DNA of 64,000 nucleotides, from positions 256,001 through 320,000 of the forward strand of contig CAVZDU010000002.1 of the NCBI GenBank assembly GCA_963774265.1. The letters run 5' to 3'. Below the pieces are notes generated by a model, which was not told the DNA's origin, searched no databases, and worked only from the letters and a program-made list of their open reading frames with translations. Positions 54,678 through 64,000 of this stretch are shown here, in pieces. Both the position numbers and the translations under genes were made by a program. The stretch's first letter is position 1, and each line of letters begins with the position of its first letter. Source of the DNA: an uncultured Chloroflexia bacterium (lineage in GTDB: Bacteria; Chloroflexota; Anaerolineae; CG2-30-64-16).

Positions 54678-55085
54678 ATGATGGCTGACTTGAAAACAAA
54701 ACTGACGGGCGCCAGTGTGGCCGATTTCATTGCGGGTGTGGCAGATGAGCGGCGCCGGCAAGATAGTGAGACGATAGTCGCACTGATGCAAGACGTGACA
54801 GGCCAGCCACCAGAGATGTGGGGCGATTCGATTGTGGGATTCGGACGGTATGCCTACCGATATGCGTCCGGACGGACCGGCGAATGGATGGCCACAGGAT
54901 TCTCGCCGCGCAAAGACAGCCTGACGCTCTATATCATGGGCGGATTCGACGAACTCGCTGACTTGATGGCGCGCCTGGGCAAGTACAAGACGGGCAAGGG
55001 CTGCCTGTATATCAAACGACTGAGTGATGTGGATATGGGAGTTCTCAGGGAGTTGGTGGAGCGGTCAGTTACAAAGCTAATTTAG
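54678..55085 (+). CDS. DUF1801 family protein
   Basis: MWGDSIVGFG.Y.Y.YASG, GFSPRK, LGKYKTGKGCLYIK. Confidence 0.9.
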   Translation: MMADLKTKLTGASVADFIAGVADERRRQDSETIVALMQDVTGQPPEMWGDSIVGFGRYAYRYASGRTGEWMATGFSPRKDSLTLYIMGGFDELADLMARLGKYKTGKGCLYIKRLSDVDMGVLRELVERSVTKLI

Positions 55086-55192
55086 CGCTATTTGACCGAG
55101 AGGTCGGCCTTACCCGCATCCCTGAGACCGGCGGCTTCGGGCGCACGCACGGTGATACGTGCGCCCGTCGATGGCGGTCGGTGATCGCTTGA

Positions 55193-55693
55193 TCAGTGGC
55201 CGTGACCGTTCCCTTCGTGAACATGGCCGTGCTCAAGCTCGATCGGCGTGGCCGGACGAACATCGATCACCTTGACATGGAAGCTGAGGGTCTCGCCGGC
55301 GAGGGGGTGATTGTAGTCGAGAATGACTGAGTCTTCGCGGACCTCGTAGACATTCGCTTCGTAGGTCTCGCCTTCGGTGTCGGTCACTTCCAGGGGCATC
55401 CCCTCTTCGAGCTCGACATCTTCCGGTAGTTCGCTGAGTGCGACCTCTTCCAGCGCTTCTTCATCCCACTCGCCGTACGCATCTTCGGGGCGCAGGGTGA
55501 TATCACGTTCCTCATTCACTGCCATGCCGATCAGCGCGTCTTCCAGCCCAGGCAACAGCTGCCCCTGCCCAACAACGAAACGAAGCGGCATCTCGCCTTG
55601 CGTTGAATCCGCAACCTCACCATCACTCAGGGTCAACGTGAAGTCGAGCGTCACCACCATACCATCAGCCACAGTCGGCTTCGATTTGTCCAT
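55193..55693 (-). CDS. slyD: FKBP-type peptidyl-prolyl isomerase (SlyD-like)
   Basis: PEDAYGE, DYNHPLAG, His-rich tail. Confidence 0.9.
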   Translation of the reverse strand: MDKSKPTVADGMVVTLDFTLTLSDGEVADSTQGEMPLRFVVGQGQLLPGLEDALIGMAVNEERDITLRPEDAYGEWDEEALEEVALSELPEDVELEEGMPLEVTDTEGETYEANVYEVREDSVILDYNHPLAGETLSFHVKVIDVRPATPIELEHGHVHEGNGHGH

Positions 55694-55705
55694 GATTCTC
55701 CTCCG

Positions 55706-57499
55706 CTAGTTTGTCATCGCGCCGGCCAGCCCTTCGGCTTCGGCGACCATGTCTTCCAAAATGCGCAGGCCACCATGCCAGAAGGACGGATCCTGCAAAT
55801 TCACTCCCAGCGGCGCGACGATTTCGTGGGGCCAGTCGGAGCCGCCGCGAGAGAGCATCTCGAGATATGCGTCGGCGAAATCGCCGCCCACCTGCTTGTA
55901 GCGCGCATAGAGCGCCAGCACGAGCAGCTCGCCGAACGCGTAAGCGTACACGTATCCGGGCGTGCCTATGAAGTGGGGAATGTAGCTCCACCATAGGCCG
56001 TAATTCTCGGTCAATGTGACGCTATCGCCAAACATGGTGCGCTGAGTCTCCAGCCATAGCTCGCTGAAGCGTTCAGAGGTCAACTCCCCCTCTTCGCGCC
56101 GTGCATTATGAATGGCGTGTTCAAACCGATTCATGCTGATCTGGCGAAACGCCGTGGCGAAAGAATCTTCGATCTTCTGGGTCAGCATTCCCAGGCGCAC
56201 CTGCGGCGACGCCTCCGCTCGCATCATTGACTGGAACACCAGCATCTCGCCAAAGACCGATGCGGTCTCCGCAGTCGTCAGCGGCGTGTCCGCCTGAAGC
56301 AGACCTTGCACCCCTGACAGCTTTTGATGCACCCCATGGCCCAGCTCGTGAGCGAGGGTCATCACGTCGCGCGGCTTGGCGTCATAGTTTAGAAGGATAT
56401 ACGGATGCACCGAAGGCGTCACGCCATGGCTGAAGGCGCCGCCGTATTTGCCCGGACGCGACGGGGCGTCAATCCAACGCCTATCGAAGAACCAGCCGGC
56501 CACCTCGGCCATCTTCGGGTGAAATTCGCCGTAAGCGTCGAGCACGACCTTCCGTGCCTCGGCCCATGGGTAGAAACGGTCCGCTGCAGGAAGCGGCGCG
56601 TATCGGTCGTAATCGAACAATTCATCCAATCCCAGCAGACGAGCCTTTAGGCGATAATACCGGGCCACGACGTCATACCGAGAGGTGACTGCGTCGACCA
56701 GGGCCTGCACCGTCGTATCATCGACCTCATTGGCCAGATTGCGGCTTGTGATCCAGGTCGGGTATTTGCGCAGGCGGTCGTCCGATGCCTTATCGGCCAG
56801 AATCGTGTTGAAAACGTAGGTCGTGCTGCGCTTCAGAGCCTGCAAGCCGACCGTGAACTTCGCTTCCGCGTGCCGGCGTAGATCCCGGTCCGGCGAGTAG
56901 AGCTTACTGAGAATCTGATCCCGGCTCATCTCTTCGCCGTCCAACTCGTACCGTGCGGCTGAGTGGGTCTCATCGAAGAAACGATCCCATGCGCTGCACC
57001 CGGTGACGGATTTTTCAGCCAGAATCTTCTCCTCAGGCTCGGTCAGCAGATAGGGACGATATAGCCGCACGATCTCCAGCCAATGGCGGAAGCGCGCGAG
57101 CTCGGGTGACGCGATCCACTGCGCCGCCACGTCGTCGGGTGCATGGGCCAACTCCAGGTCCAACCAGACAAGCTTCTGACCCAACCTGGACCCGCGTTCG
57201 GTGACGCGTTGCAGCAGGGCGCCGCGGCCTGGGTCTTCCGTGTTTTGCGTCCAGTTCAGGGAAGCGAAGGCGCCGGCCGTTGCGGCGCGCTCGCGCAGCG
57301 CCTCGTAGCGACCCAAGAGCCCGACCAACGCGGGGGCTGAAAGACCTGCAACGAGCCCGCGATAGGCTGCGTCAAGTGCGTCGGCTTCCGTATCGGCCGC
57401 GTCAAGATCAGCATCGAGCGCGGGATCGTCCATGCCCGCGTAGAGGTCCGAAAGGTCCCAGGTGGCCTCTTCGGCGCCTGTCAGGGTTGATGTGGCCAT
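55706..57499 (-). CDS. pepF: M3B oligoendopeptidase F
   Basis: WDLSDLY, GKYGGAF, LAHELGH, AETASVFGE, YVYAYAFG. Confidence 0.9.
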   Translation of the reverse strand: MATSTLTGAEEATWDLSDLYAGMDDPALDADLDAADTEADALDAAYRGLVAGLSAPALVGLLGRYEALRERAATAGAFASLNWTQNTEDPGRGALLQRVTERGSRLGQKLVWLDLELAHAPDDVAAQWIASPELARFRHWLEIVRLYRPYLLTEPEEKILAEKSVTGCSAWDRFFDETHSAARYELDGEEMSRDQILSKLYSPDRDLRRHAEAKFTVGLQALKRSTTYVFNTILADKASDDRLRKYPTWITSRNLANEVDDTTVQALVDAVTSRYDVVARYYRLKARLLGLDELFDYDRYAPLPAADRFYPWAEARKVVLDAYGEFHPKMAEVAGWFFDRRWIDAPSRPGKYGGAFSHGVTPSVHPYILLNYDAKPRDVMTLAHELGHGVHQKLSGVQGLLQADTPLTTAETASVFGEMLVFQSMMRAEASPQVRLGMLTQKIEDSFATAFRQISMNRFEHAIHNARREEGELTSERFSELWLETQRTMFGDSVTLTENYGLWWSYIPHFIGTPGYVYAYAFGELLVLALYARYKQVGGDFADAYLEMLSRGGSDWPHEIVAPLGVNLQDPSFWHGGLRILEDMVAEAEGLAGAMTN

Positions 57500-57610
57500 T
57501 CCAAGTTATCTCCCGTCAGTATCATATGGTTATTGCGCTGCACGCGGCACAGCCGCGCCAGTATACGGTGCGGCGGTCTGCCCGTCTGTATCCGTGTCAT
57601 CAATGGTTGG

Positions 57611-59431
57611 CTACGCGCTGACGAAATCCAACTCCGGCGTGGCGTATTGCGCGGTGCGCTGCTGCCGGAACTGCTGCGTGTACAAGCGGTAGTACTTTCC
57701 ACCCAGCCGCAACAGGTCGGCATGCGAGCCCTGCTCCACAATGCGGCCACCTTCGATCACCAGGATGCGGTCGGCTCGCTTGATGGTCGACAGGCGATGG
57801 GCGATGACAAACGTGGTCCGGCCCTCCATCACCTGGTCCATGCCCTTCTGGATCAGCGCCTCAGTCACCGTGTCGACGGAGCTGGTCGCTTCGTCCATCA
57901 CCAGGACCTCGGGATTCGCCAGCACCGCACGTGCCAGGCTGATGAGCTGCTTCTGTCCCACAGAGAGACGGTTGCCGCCTTCACCCACCTCGGCCTTATA
58001 CTTGCCTTCCAGCTTGGTGATGAACTCGTGCGCCCCGGCGATTCGGGCGGCCTCCTCAACCTCCTCATCACTGGCCTTGAGGCGTCCGTAGCGGATGTTT
58101 TCGCGAATCGAACCAGAGAACAGATGAGGCGTTTGAAGGACAACACCGATCCGCGACTGGATGCTGTTCAGGGTGAAATCGCGGTAATCCTGGCCGTGGA
58201 TCTTCACCAAACCCGACTTTGGCTCGTAGAATCGGCACACCAGATTGACGATGGTTGACTTGCCGCCGCCCGTTGGGCCAACGAGTGCGATGGTCTCCCC
58301 AGTCTGCACCTTCAGACTGAAGTCGGTCAGCACCGGCTTGTCTGGCTCATAGTAAAAGTCGACATGTTCGAACTCGATCTCCCCGCGGATCGTCGGCGTG
58401 TGACGCGCGCCACGCCGGTCGGCCACTTCTGGCGTGGCATCCAGCAAAGAGAAGGTGCGCTCCGCAGAGGCGATGGCGTGTTGCATCTCGGAATAAACGC
58501 GTGCCATGTCCTGAATGGGCCACATCATGAATGTCACGTAGGAAACGAATGCCTGGAGTGCGCCGATCGTCATGCCGGCCACGCTTGTGCTCATGCCCGA
58601 ATAGAGCACCACCGCACCCACAGCGAACGCGCTGATGATTTGGACTGCAGGCAGGAAGAGCGCCGAGAGCCACGCGGCCCTGTAAGACGCGCGTCGCATT
58701 TCGCCTGTCAGGTGACTGAACTCGCGCAGGTTCGCCTCTTCACGGCCCAGCCCCTTGACCACTCGTACGCCCGTGATGTTCTGATTGAACTCCCCAGTGA
58801 TCTTCGAATTGAGCTTACGTACAAGCCGAAACTGCTGCAGGATCTTCGTTTTGAAGTAGACCGCAACGACAAGCAGGATCGGGACGGTAGCCAGCACAAC
58901 CACCGAAAGCCGCCAGTTGAGGCTTGCCATGAAGACCATTGACGATGCGATATTGAAGATAGCCCACGTCACATCCAGCATTCCCCAGGTGACGAGTTGT
59001 GCGATGCGTTCTGAATCCGACGTCACGCGTGACATGATCCAGCCAACCGGCGTCTTGCTAAAGTAAGAGAAAGACAGATCCTGCAGGTGGTTGAACAGTT
59101 TCTTGCGCAGATCATACTGCACGCGCTCGCCCAACACACCGGCCAGGTAGATGAACATGAACACGCCGAGGGCCTGCACCAGCATCAGACCGCCGTACGT
59201 GATAATGATTTCCCGCAGGACACTCGCGTTGCGCGCGATAATGCCCTCATCTATGATGCGCTTGGATAGGAAGGTGAAGACCGCGTCAAGGACGCTCACC
59301 CAGGCGATGGTGAACAAAAACCCGGCCACCCACCTAGAATGTGGCTTCACCAGGCCCATAATGCGGCGAAGCGTACCACCGTTGAATTGGGCCCCAAATT
59401 CCTCTTCTTCGAATTCGTAGTCGTCTGCCAT
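57611..59431 (-). CDS. ABC exporter, fused permease/ATPase
   Basis: TMD + GPTGGGKST, LSVGQKQ, DEATSSVD. Confidence 0.95.
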   Translation of the reverse strand: MADDYEFEEEEFGAQFNGGTLRRIMGLVKPHSRWVAGFLFTIAWVSVLDAVFTFLSKRIIDEGIIARNASVLREIIITYGGLMLVQALGVFMFIYLAGVLGERVQYDLRKKLFNHLQDLSFSYFSKTPVGWIMSRVTSDSERIAQLVTWGMLDVTWAIFNIASSMVFMASLNWRLSVVVLATVPILLVVAVYFKTKILQQFRLVRKLNSKITGEFNQNITGVRVVKGLGREEANLREFSHLTGEMRRASYRAAWLSALFLPAVQIISAFAVGAVVLYSGMSTSVAGMTIGALQAFVSYVTFMMWPIQDMARVYSEMQHAIASAERTFSLLDATPEVADRRGARHTPTIRGEIEFEHVDFYYEPDKPVLTDFSLKVQTGETIALVGPTGGGKSTIVNLVCRFYEPKSGLVKIHGQDYRDFTLNSIQSRIGVVLQTPHLFSGSIRENIRYGRLKASDEEVEEAARIAGAHEFITKLEGKYKAEVGEGGNRLSVGQKQLISLARAVLANPEVLVMDEATSSVDTVTEALIQKGMDQVMEGRTTFVIAHRLSTIKRADRILVIEGGRIVEQGSHADLLRLGGKYYRLYTQQFRQQRTAQYATPELDFVSA

Positions 59432-59439
59432 AGCTATCC

Positions 59440-61266
59440 CTATGCCGTGACGGTCAGCTCCTGTTGGAGCTCCTCTTCGACCTTGGCCTGCAGATCGTAG
59501 ATCTGACGGTATAGCCCTTCCTGGGCGAGCAGGGTCTCGTGATTGCCCTGCTGGATGATCTTGCCCTGGTCCAGGACAACGATCTGATCCGCGTTCATCA
59601 GGCTTTGCACCCGGTGAGCGATAATGAAGGTCGTCCGCCCTTCCATCAGCGTGTTCAGCGCGGAACGGATCTCCGCTTCGGTCTCGGTGTCCACCGAGGA
59701 AGTCGAGTCATCCAGGATCAGGATGCGCGGATTCTTGAGCAAAGTTCGAGCGATGGCCACGCGCTGCTTCTGGCCACCGGACAGCGTCACGCCTTTTTCA
59801 CCGACTAGCGTGTCATAGCCTTCGGGGAAGGTCACGATCGAGTCATGGATTGCCGCCGCCTTTGCGGCCGCGATGATCTCGTCATCAGTCACGGGGCGAT
59901 CTACGCCCAGCCGTATGTTCTCCTTGATCGACCTCGAGAAGAGGAATGGCTCCTGCTCCACGATGCCGATTTGGCTTCGCAGGTAGATCCGCGAGTAGTC
60001 CGTCAATTCCACGCCGTCAAGTTTGATCGCACCGTCGGTGTACTCGTAAAAACGGGGCAGCAGGTTGACCAGCGTCGTCTTGCCCGAGCCGGTGGAGCCG
60101 AGCAGCGCGACGGACTCACCCGCGGCCACCGTCAGGTTGATGTTGCTCAGCACGGGCTGGGTAGGGTCGTAGCCAAACGCTACGAACCTGAAATCGATGT
60201 TCCCCTTCACCGTGCCGTCCGGGCAGTGCGTTCCCTCGTCCAGCGGCTCACGATCCTGGCTGATGACATCGATCACGCGGCGGTAGGACACCATGCCGGT
60301 GGAGGTCTGCACAATCAAGCGGCCCAGGTTGCGCATGGGGAAAATGATCCACACGAGCAGCCCTGCGTAGGCCAGGTAGGTGCCAACCGATATCTCGCCG
60401 CCGATCGCCATGAGAGCGCCGACCGTATAGCCAAAAAGCATCTGGGCGCCGCACAGGACGTCGGACACCGGCCAGAACAGCGAGTGTGCCAGAATGAGAT
60501 TGCGGCCCCGATTGTACTTCTCCGCGTTTTCCTTCTCGAACTTATCCCGCTCGTAGGCCTGGCGCGCAAAGGCCTTCACAACGCGCACGCCGCTCAGGTT
60601 CTCCTGCAACACGGTTGACAGCGACGCCTCTTGCTCCTGGTACTTCTCATAAGCGCGAGAGATGCGCTTAAAGAAGAAATAGGACATGATCACGATGAGC
60701 GGTACGACTATGATCGAGAGCCACGCCAACCGCATGTTGAGCCGCGAGATGACCACAAAGTTGATCGCAAACAACAGAAAGATGCGACCGATACCCAAAG
60801 CCTGGTCCGAATAGAAGCGTCTGATCGCATCGACGTCGGAGGTGCTGCGCTGGATCAGCTCGCCAGTCTGCATCCGATCATGGTAGCTGAACGCTAGACG
60901 CTGGATGTGGTCGTAGAGGTAGTTGCGCAAACGCTGCGCCATCCCCTCGGCGGTCTGCGCGGCCAGCCGGCCGCTCATGAATGTGAAGCCGCCCTCCACC
61001 AGTGCCAAACCGATGAATGCGAGGGCAATGAGTGCAAGAGTGAGTGGAGCGCGCTCCTTGCCCAGCACATTGTCCACGAAGTGCCGGAGCAACAAGTAAG
61101 TGGCCGTTTTTGCGCCGGCGCCGACGGCCAGGGAGGCGGTCGCGCCGAGATAGCGCCAGTGAAAACCGGTGGACATGGTCCAGAGGCCAGCCAGGCGATT
61201 GGAACTGACAGCGTTTTTCAGGTCGTAGTCATAGGCGGGCTGCGCCGCCTGTACCATCGATGACAT
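59440..61266 (-). CDS. ABC exporter, fused permease/ATPase (heterodimer partner)
   Basis: TMD + GSTGSGKTT, LSGGQKQR, degenerate Walker B LDDSTS; start uncertain. Confidence 0.93.
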   Translation of the reverse strand: MSSMVQAAQPAYDYDLKNAVSSNRLAGLWTMSTGFHWRYLGATASLAVGAGAKTATYLLLRHFVDNVLGKERAPLTLALIALAFIGLALVEGGFTFMSGRLAAQTAEGMAQRLRNYLYDHIQRLAFSYHDRMQTGELIQRSTSDVDAIRRFYSDQALGIGRIFLLFAINFVVISRLNMRLAWLSIIVVPLIVIMSYFFFKRISRAYEKYQEQEASLSTVLQENLSGVRVVKAFARQAYERDKFEKENAEKYNRGRNLILAHSLFWPVSDVLCGAQMLFGYTVGALMAIGGEISVGTYLAYAGLLVWIIFPMRNLGRLIVQTSTGMVSYRRVIDVISQDREPLDEGTHCPDGTVKGNIDFRFVAFGYDPTQPVLSNINLTVAAGESVALLGSTGSGKTTLVNLLPRFYEYTDGAIKLDGVELTDYSRIYLRSQIGIVEQEPFLFSRSIKENIRLGVDRPVTDDEIIAAAKAAAIHDSIVTFPEGYDTLVGEKGVTLSGGQKQRVAIARTLLKNPRILILDDSTSSVDTETEAEIRSALNTLMEGRTTFIIAHRVQSLMNADQIVVLDQGKIIQQGNHETLLAQEGLYRQIYDLQAKVEEELQQELTVTA

Positions 61267-61471
61267 CGGATCGCTCCGGAAAAGTGTCGAGCGGCCGCCA
61301 TTGCCGGCCGCGAAGAAAGATTGTACCATCGCAGTGTGATACGAAGTAAATACGAATAAATCCTCGGTGAGTTGCATGCATCGGGTTCCGTCTTCAGCTT
61401 GCGCGCAACCTCAGGTTTGCGCTACTATGAACCCGGGGGAACCAGCAAAGGATGGATACCGTCAAGCGGCT

Positions 61472-62560
61472 ATGAGACGCGCTATTTTCGGGCTACTGAT
61501 CTTCATCGCGGCCTTCAACGCGGGATGCAGCGGCGCGGACCTGTCTGCCGCGTACTTGGAGGCGAACCGTTCCCGGCTGGCGACGCCTGCCGCGTCAGAG
61601 GACCAATCCACGCAGTTCGTCGTTGCGCCAGGGTCCAGCGCGCGATCCATCAGCCAGAACCTAGCAGACCGGGGCCTGATTGAAGATGCCCGGCTGTTCG
61701 AGGCGTATGTCAGGGTGAACGGTCTCTCGGGAAAGCTGGAGGCGGGGACATTCCAGCTCAGCCCCCATATGACCATCCCCCAGATCGCATACGCGCTGAC
61801 GGATGCGCGGGCGGCAGAAATCACGTTACGACTACGCGAAGGCTGGCGCTTCGAGCAAACAGCCGATTACCTTTCCCAGAACACCCCGCTGGACGGCACC
61901 GAGTATCGCCAGCGCGCAACGCAGAATGTCCTGACCGGCATCGACACCATCACTTACGAGTTCCTCCAGGCGCGACCTCCGGGTGCGACGCTTGAGGGGT
62001 ACTTAGCGCCGGATACGTACCGCCTGCCGGCTGAGGGCGCAACGGTGCTTGACCTGATGAAGCGGCAGTTAGACGCCTTCCGCGACAGAGTTATGCCTTT
62101 GTGGCGCGAGGCACAGACCGCAGGAACGACAAAACTGACCTTGCACGAAGTGCTGGTCATGGCGAGCATCGTAGAGCGCGAGGCGGTCATCGACGACGAG
62201 CGGCCGACCATCGCGGGCGTGTATCTCAATCGTGTGGCGCGCGGGATGAGACTGGAGGCGGACCCAACGGTGCAGTACGCCATGGGCTATCAGGCGGACA
62301 GCGGGTTGTGGTGGAAGGCGCCGGTTTATCTGGAGGAGTATGGGAAGGTCGAAAGTCCTTACAACACGTACAAGGTTTCGGGGCTGCCGCCGGGACCGAT
62401 CTGCGCGCCTGGCCTGGCGAGCATCAGCGCGGTATTGAATCCTGAGCAGCACGACTATCTGTTCTTCATGGCCAAGGGCGACGGAAGCGGACGGCATTCG
62501 TTTGCCAGGACTTTTGACGAGCACCTCAAAAATGTGGATGCATATCGGCAGGGCAAGTAG
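61472..62560 (+). CDS. mltG: Endolytic transglycosylase MltG
   Basis: [40 protein letters not shown]. Confidence 0.93.
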   Translation: MRRAIFGLLIFIAAFNAGCSGADLSAAYLEANRSRLATPAASEDQSTQFVVAPGSSARSISQNLADRGLIEDARLFEAYVRVNGLSGKLEAGTFQLSPHMTIPQIAYALTDARAAEITLRLREGWRFEQTADYLSQNTPLDGTEYRQRATQNVLTGIDTITYEFLQARPPGATLEGYLAPDTYRLPAEGATVLDLMKRQLDAFRDRVMPLWREAQTAGTTKLTLHEVLVMASIVEREAVIDDERPTIAGVYLNRVARGMRLEADPTVQYAMGYQADSGLWWKAPVYLEEYGKVESPYNTYKVSGLPPGPICAPGLASISAVLNPEQHDYLFFMAKGDGSGRHSFARTFDEHLKNVDAYRQGK

Positions 62561-62621
62561 GCGCGCGTCCTCCTGCGCGGTGTGGCGTCATCTCCTATAG
62601 TGTTTCGGTGTGGAGGAGAGG

Positions 62622-64000
62622 ATGGGAATGAAGCACCTCCTCGGAAGAGAGAAACCGGATTTCTGGCCTAAACAGAAACCTGGTTTCTTTGTCCTCGCGC
62701 TCTTGGCCCTGTTGCTTTCCGCGTGCGTCGCTCCCACCCAACAGCTTGGCCCGCGGCCCGGACAAACCCCGTTGGAGGCGGCTGAGGCTTATCTGCAACG
62801 CTTCCAACCCGGCGTGACTCCCCGGGTCTTCCAGACCACGCGAATCCTTGACCGCCGCGGAACGCTGATTGCTGAGCTTTGGAATGAGGGGCGGCGCACG
62901 TGGATCCCCCTCAGCCGCGTATCTCGGCACCTCATTGACGCCACAATCGCAGCGGAAGATTCCACCTTCTACATCAACTCCGGCGTGGACACGGTACGAG
63001 TGCTGGGCGCGGCCTTACAGAATTACGAGGAAGGCGGGGTCGTATCGGGAGCGTCGACCATCACAATGCAGCTCGCGCGCAACCTTTTCCTGGACCCTGA
63101 CGAACGCTTCGAGCAGTCGATGGATCGGAAGATGCTCGAAGCCGCGCTGGCGCAGGAGCTGACCACCCTCTTCTCCAAGGATGAGATCCTGGAGATGTAT
63201 CTCAACCTTGCCAACTACAGTCATATTGCCTATGGACCAGAAGCTGCAAGCCAGATCTTTTTCGCCAAATCCGCTTCAGCGCTGACCCTTGCCGAGGCCT
63301 CATTGATCGCTGGCATCCCCCAACGACCGGCTATCTACGATCCCTTCACTAACCTGCCTGCAGTCAAGGAACGGCAGCGCACAGTGCTCGACATGATGGT
63401 GCGGCACGGATACTTGACATCAGCGGCCGCTGACGCCGCGTATCAGGAACCGATTGTGCTCAACCCCGACCCGGATCGCCGCATCAATCTTCTGCCTCAT
63501 TATGTAAACTACGTTGCCGACGTGCTCGATGCACGACTGGGATCTGGCGCAGGGCTGCGTTCCGGTTTAACGATCACAGGCACGCTGGACATTCGATTCC
63601 AGAATCTGGCACAAGAGATCGTCGCCAAGCAGGTTAAGGCGCTGCAGCCGAAACATGACCTGAGCAACGGTGCGCTGGTCGCCATGCTGCCCTACAGCGG
63701 TGAGATACTCGCGATGGTAGGCAGCGCGGACTTCAACAACGTCGAAATCGCAGGACAAGTGAACGTTACCCGTTCACTCCGTCAACCGGGCAGCGCCATA
63801 AAGCCAGTGCTTTACGCGGCCGCCATGGACGACTTATTGATCTCACCTGCAACCGTGTTGTGGGACATTCCCGTTTCCTATCCGATCACCGGCACGCAGC
63901 CCTATGCACCGGTGAACTACGACGGAAAGTTCCACGGGCCTGTCACCGTGCGCACCGCCCTTGCAAACTCCTACAACGTGCCTGCGGTCAAGCTCCTCGA
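62622..64000 (+). CDS. Class A penicillin-binding protein (transglycosylase-transpeptidase), runs off the window
   Basis: Translated by eye (absent from ORF track): lipobox-like LSAC, AAEDSTFY, GASTITMQLARN, RKMLE, KDEILEMYLN, RQPGSAIKP. Confidence 0.92.
   Translation, partial: MGMKHLLGREKPDFWPKQKPGFFVLALLALLLSACVAPTQQLGPRPGQTPLEAAEAYLQRFQPGVTPRVFQTTRILDRRGTLIAELWNEGRRTWIPLSRVSRHLIDATIAAEDSTFYINSGVDTVRVLGAALQNYEEGGVVSGASTITMQLARNLFLDPDERFEQSMDRKMLEAALAQELTTLFSKDEILEMYLNLANYSHIAYGPEAASQIFFAKSASALTLAEASLIAGIPQRPAIYDPFTNLPAVKERQRTVLDMMVRHGYLTSAAADAAYQEPIVLNPDPDRRINLLPHYVNYVADVLDARLGSGAGLRSGLTITGTLDIRFQNLAQEIVAKQVKALQPKHDLSNGALVAMLPYSGEILAMVGSADFNNVEIAGQVNVTRSLRQPGSAIKPVLYAAAMDDLLISPATVLWDIPVSYPITGTQPYAPVNYDGKFHGPVTVRTALANSYNVPAVKLL
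62650..62688. repeat. REP-like double palindrome AGAAACCGGATTTCT...AGAAACCTGGTTTCT
   Basis: Two near-palindromes 9 nt apart at the 5' end of the PBP gene. Confidence 0.6.

Noticed and set aside
1-64000. CRISPR array, rRNA or reverse transcriptase gene
   Set aside because: No regularly spaced repeats, rRNA signatures or RT (YxDD-context) ORF recognised by eye

Overview
GC-rich bacterial DNA whose gene content suggests Chloroflexota (Anaerolineae/Caldilineae-like); this is an inference. 1-22.6 kb is core genome: MFS transporter, an SHMT-GcvT fusion, typA, Fpg/Nei, a glycine-riboswitch-controlled gcvH-gcvPA-gcvPB operon, panE, scpA, GT4, a GAF-PP2C phosphatase plus STAND Ser/Thr kinase, an RNB nuclease and a cupin. 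tRNA-Lys(CTT) at 22694-22766 is followed by an accessory mosaic (~22.8-51.9 kb) with no visible integrase. It contains stacked copies of a 'Zn-finger 3' end + hairpin' module, a phage-like small-ORF operon, a GAF histidine kinase / receiver-nuclease fusion / NarL cluster, an acetamidase between direct repeats, an FGE (CLec-fold) gene that looks like a DGR target, a convergent ORF with 245 nt of coding strand containing no adenine, three IS elements with readable IRs/TSDs, and an ABC exporter. Core genes resume at ~52 kb (deoC, tartrate/IPM dehydrogenase, xth, DUF1801, slyD, M3 peptidase, ABC pair, mltG, class A PBP). Several isolated frameshifts are probably assembly indels. The best candidate new systems are the adenine-free SLOG/DprA-like ORF with its associated repeated module, and the REC-PD-(D/E)XK fusion inside a two-component operon.
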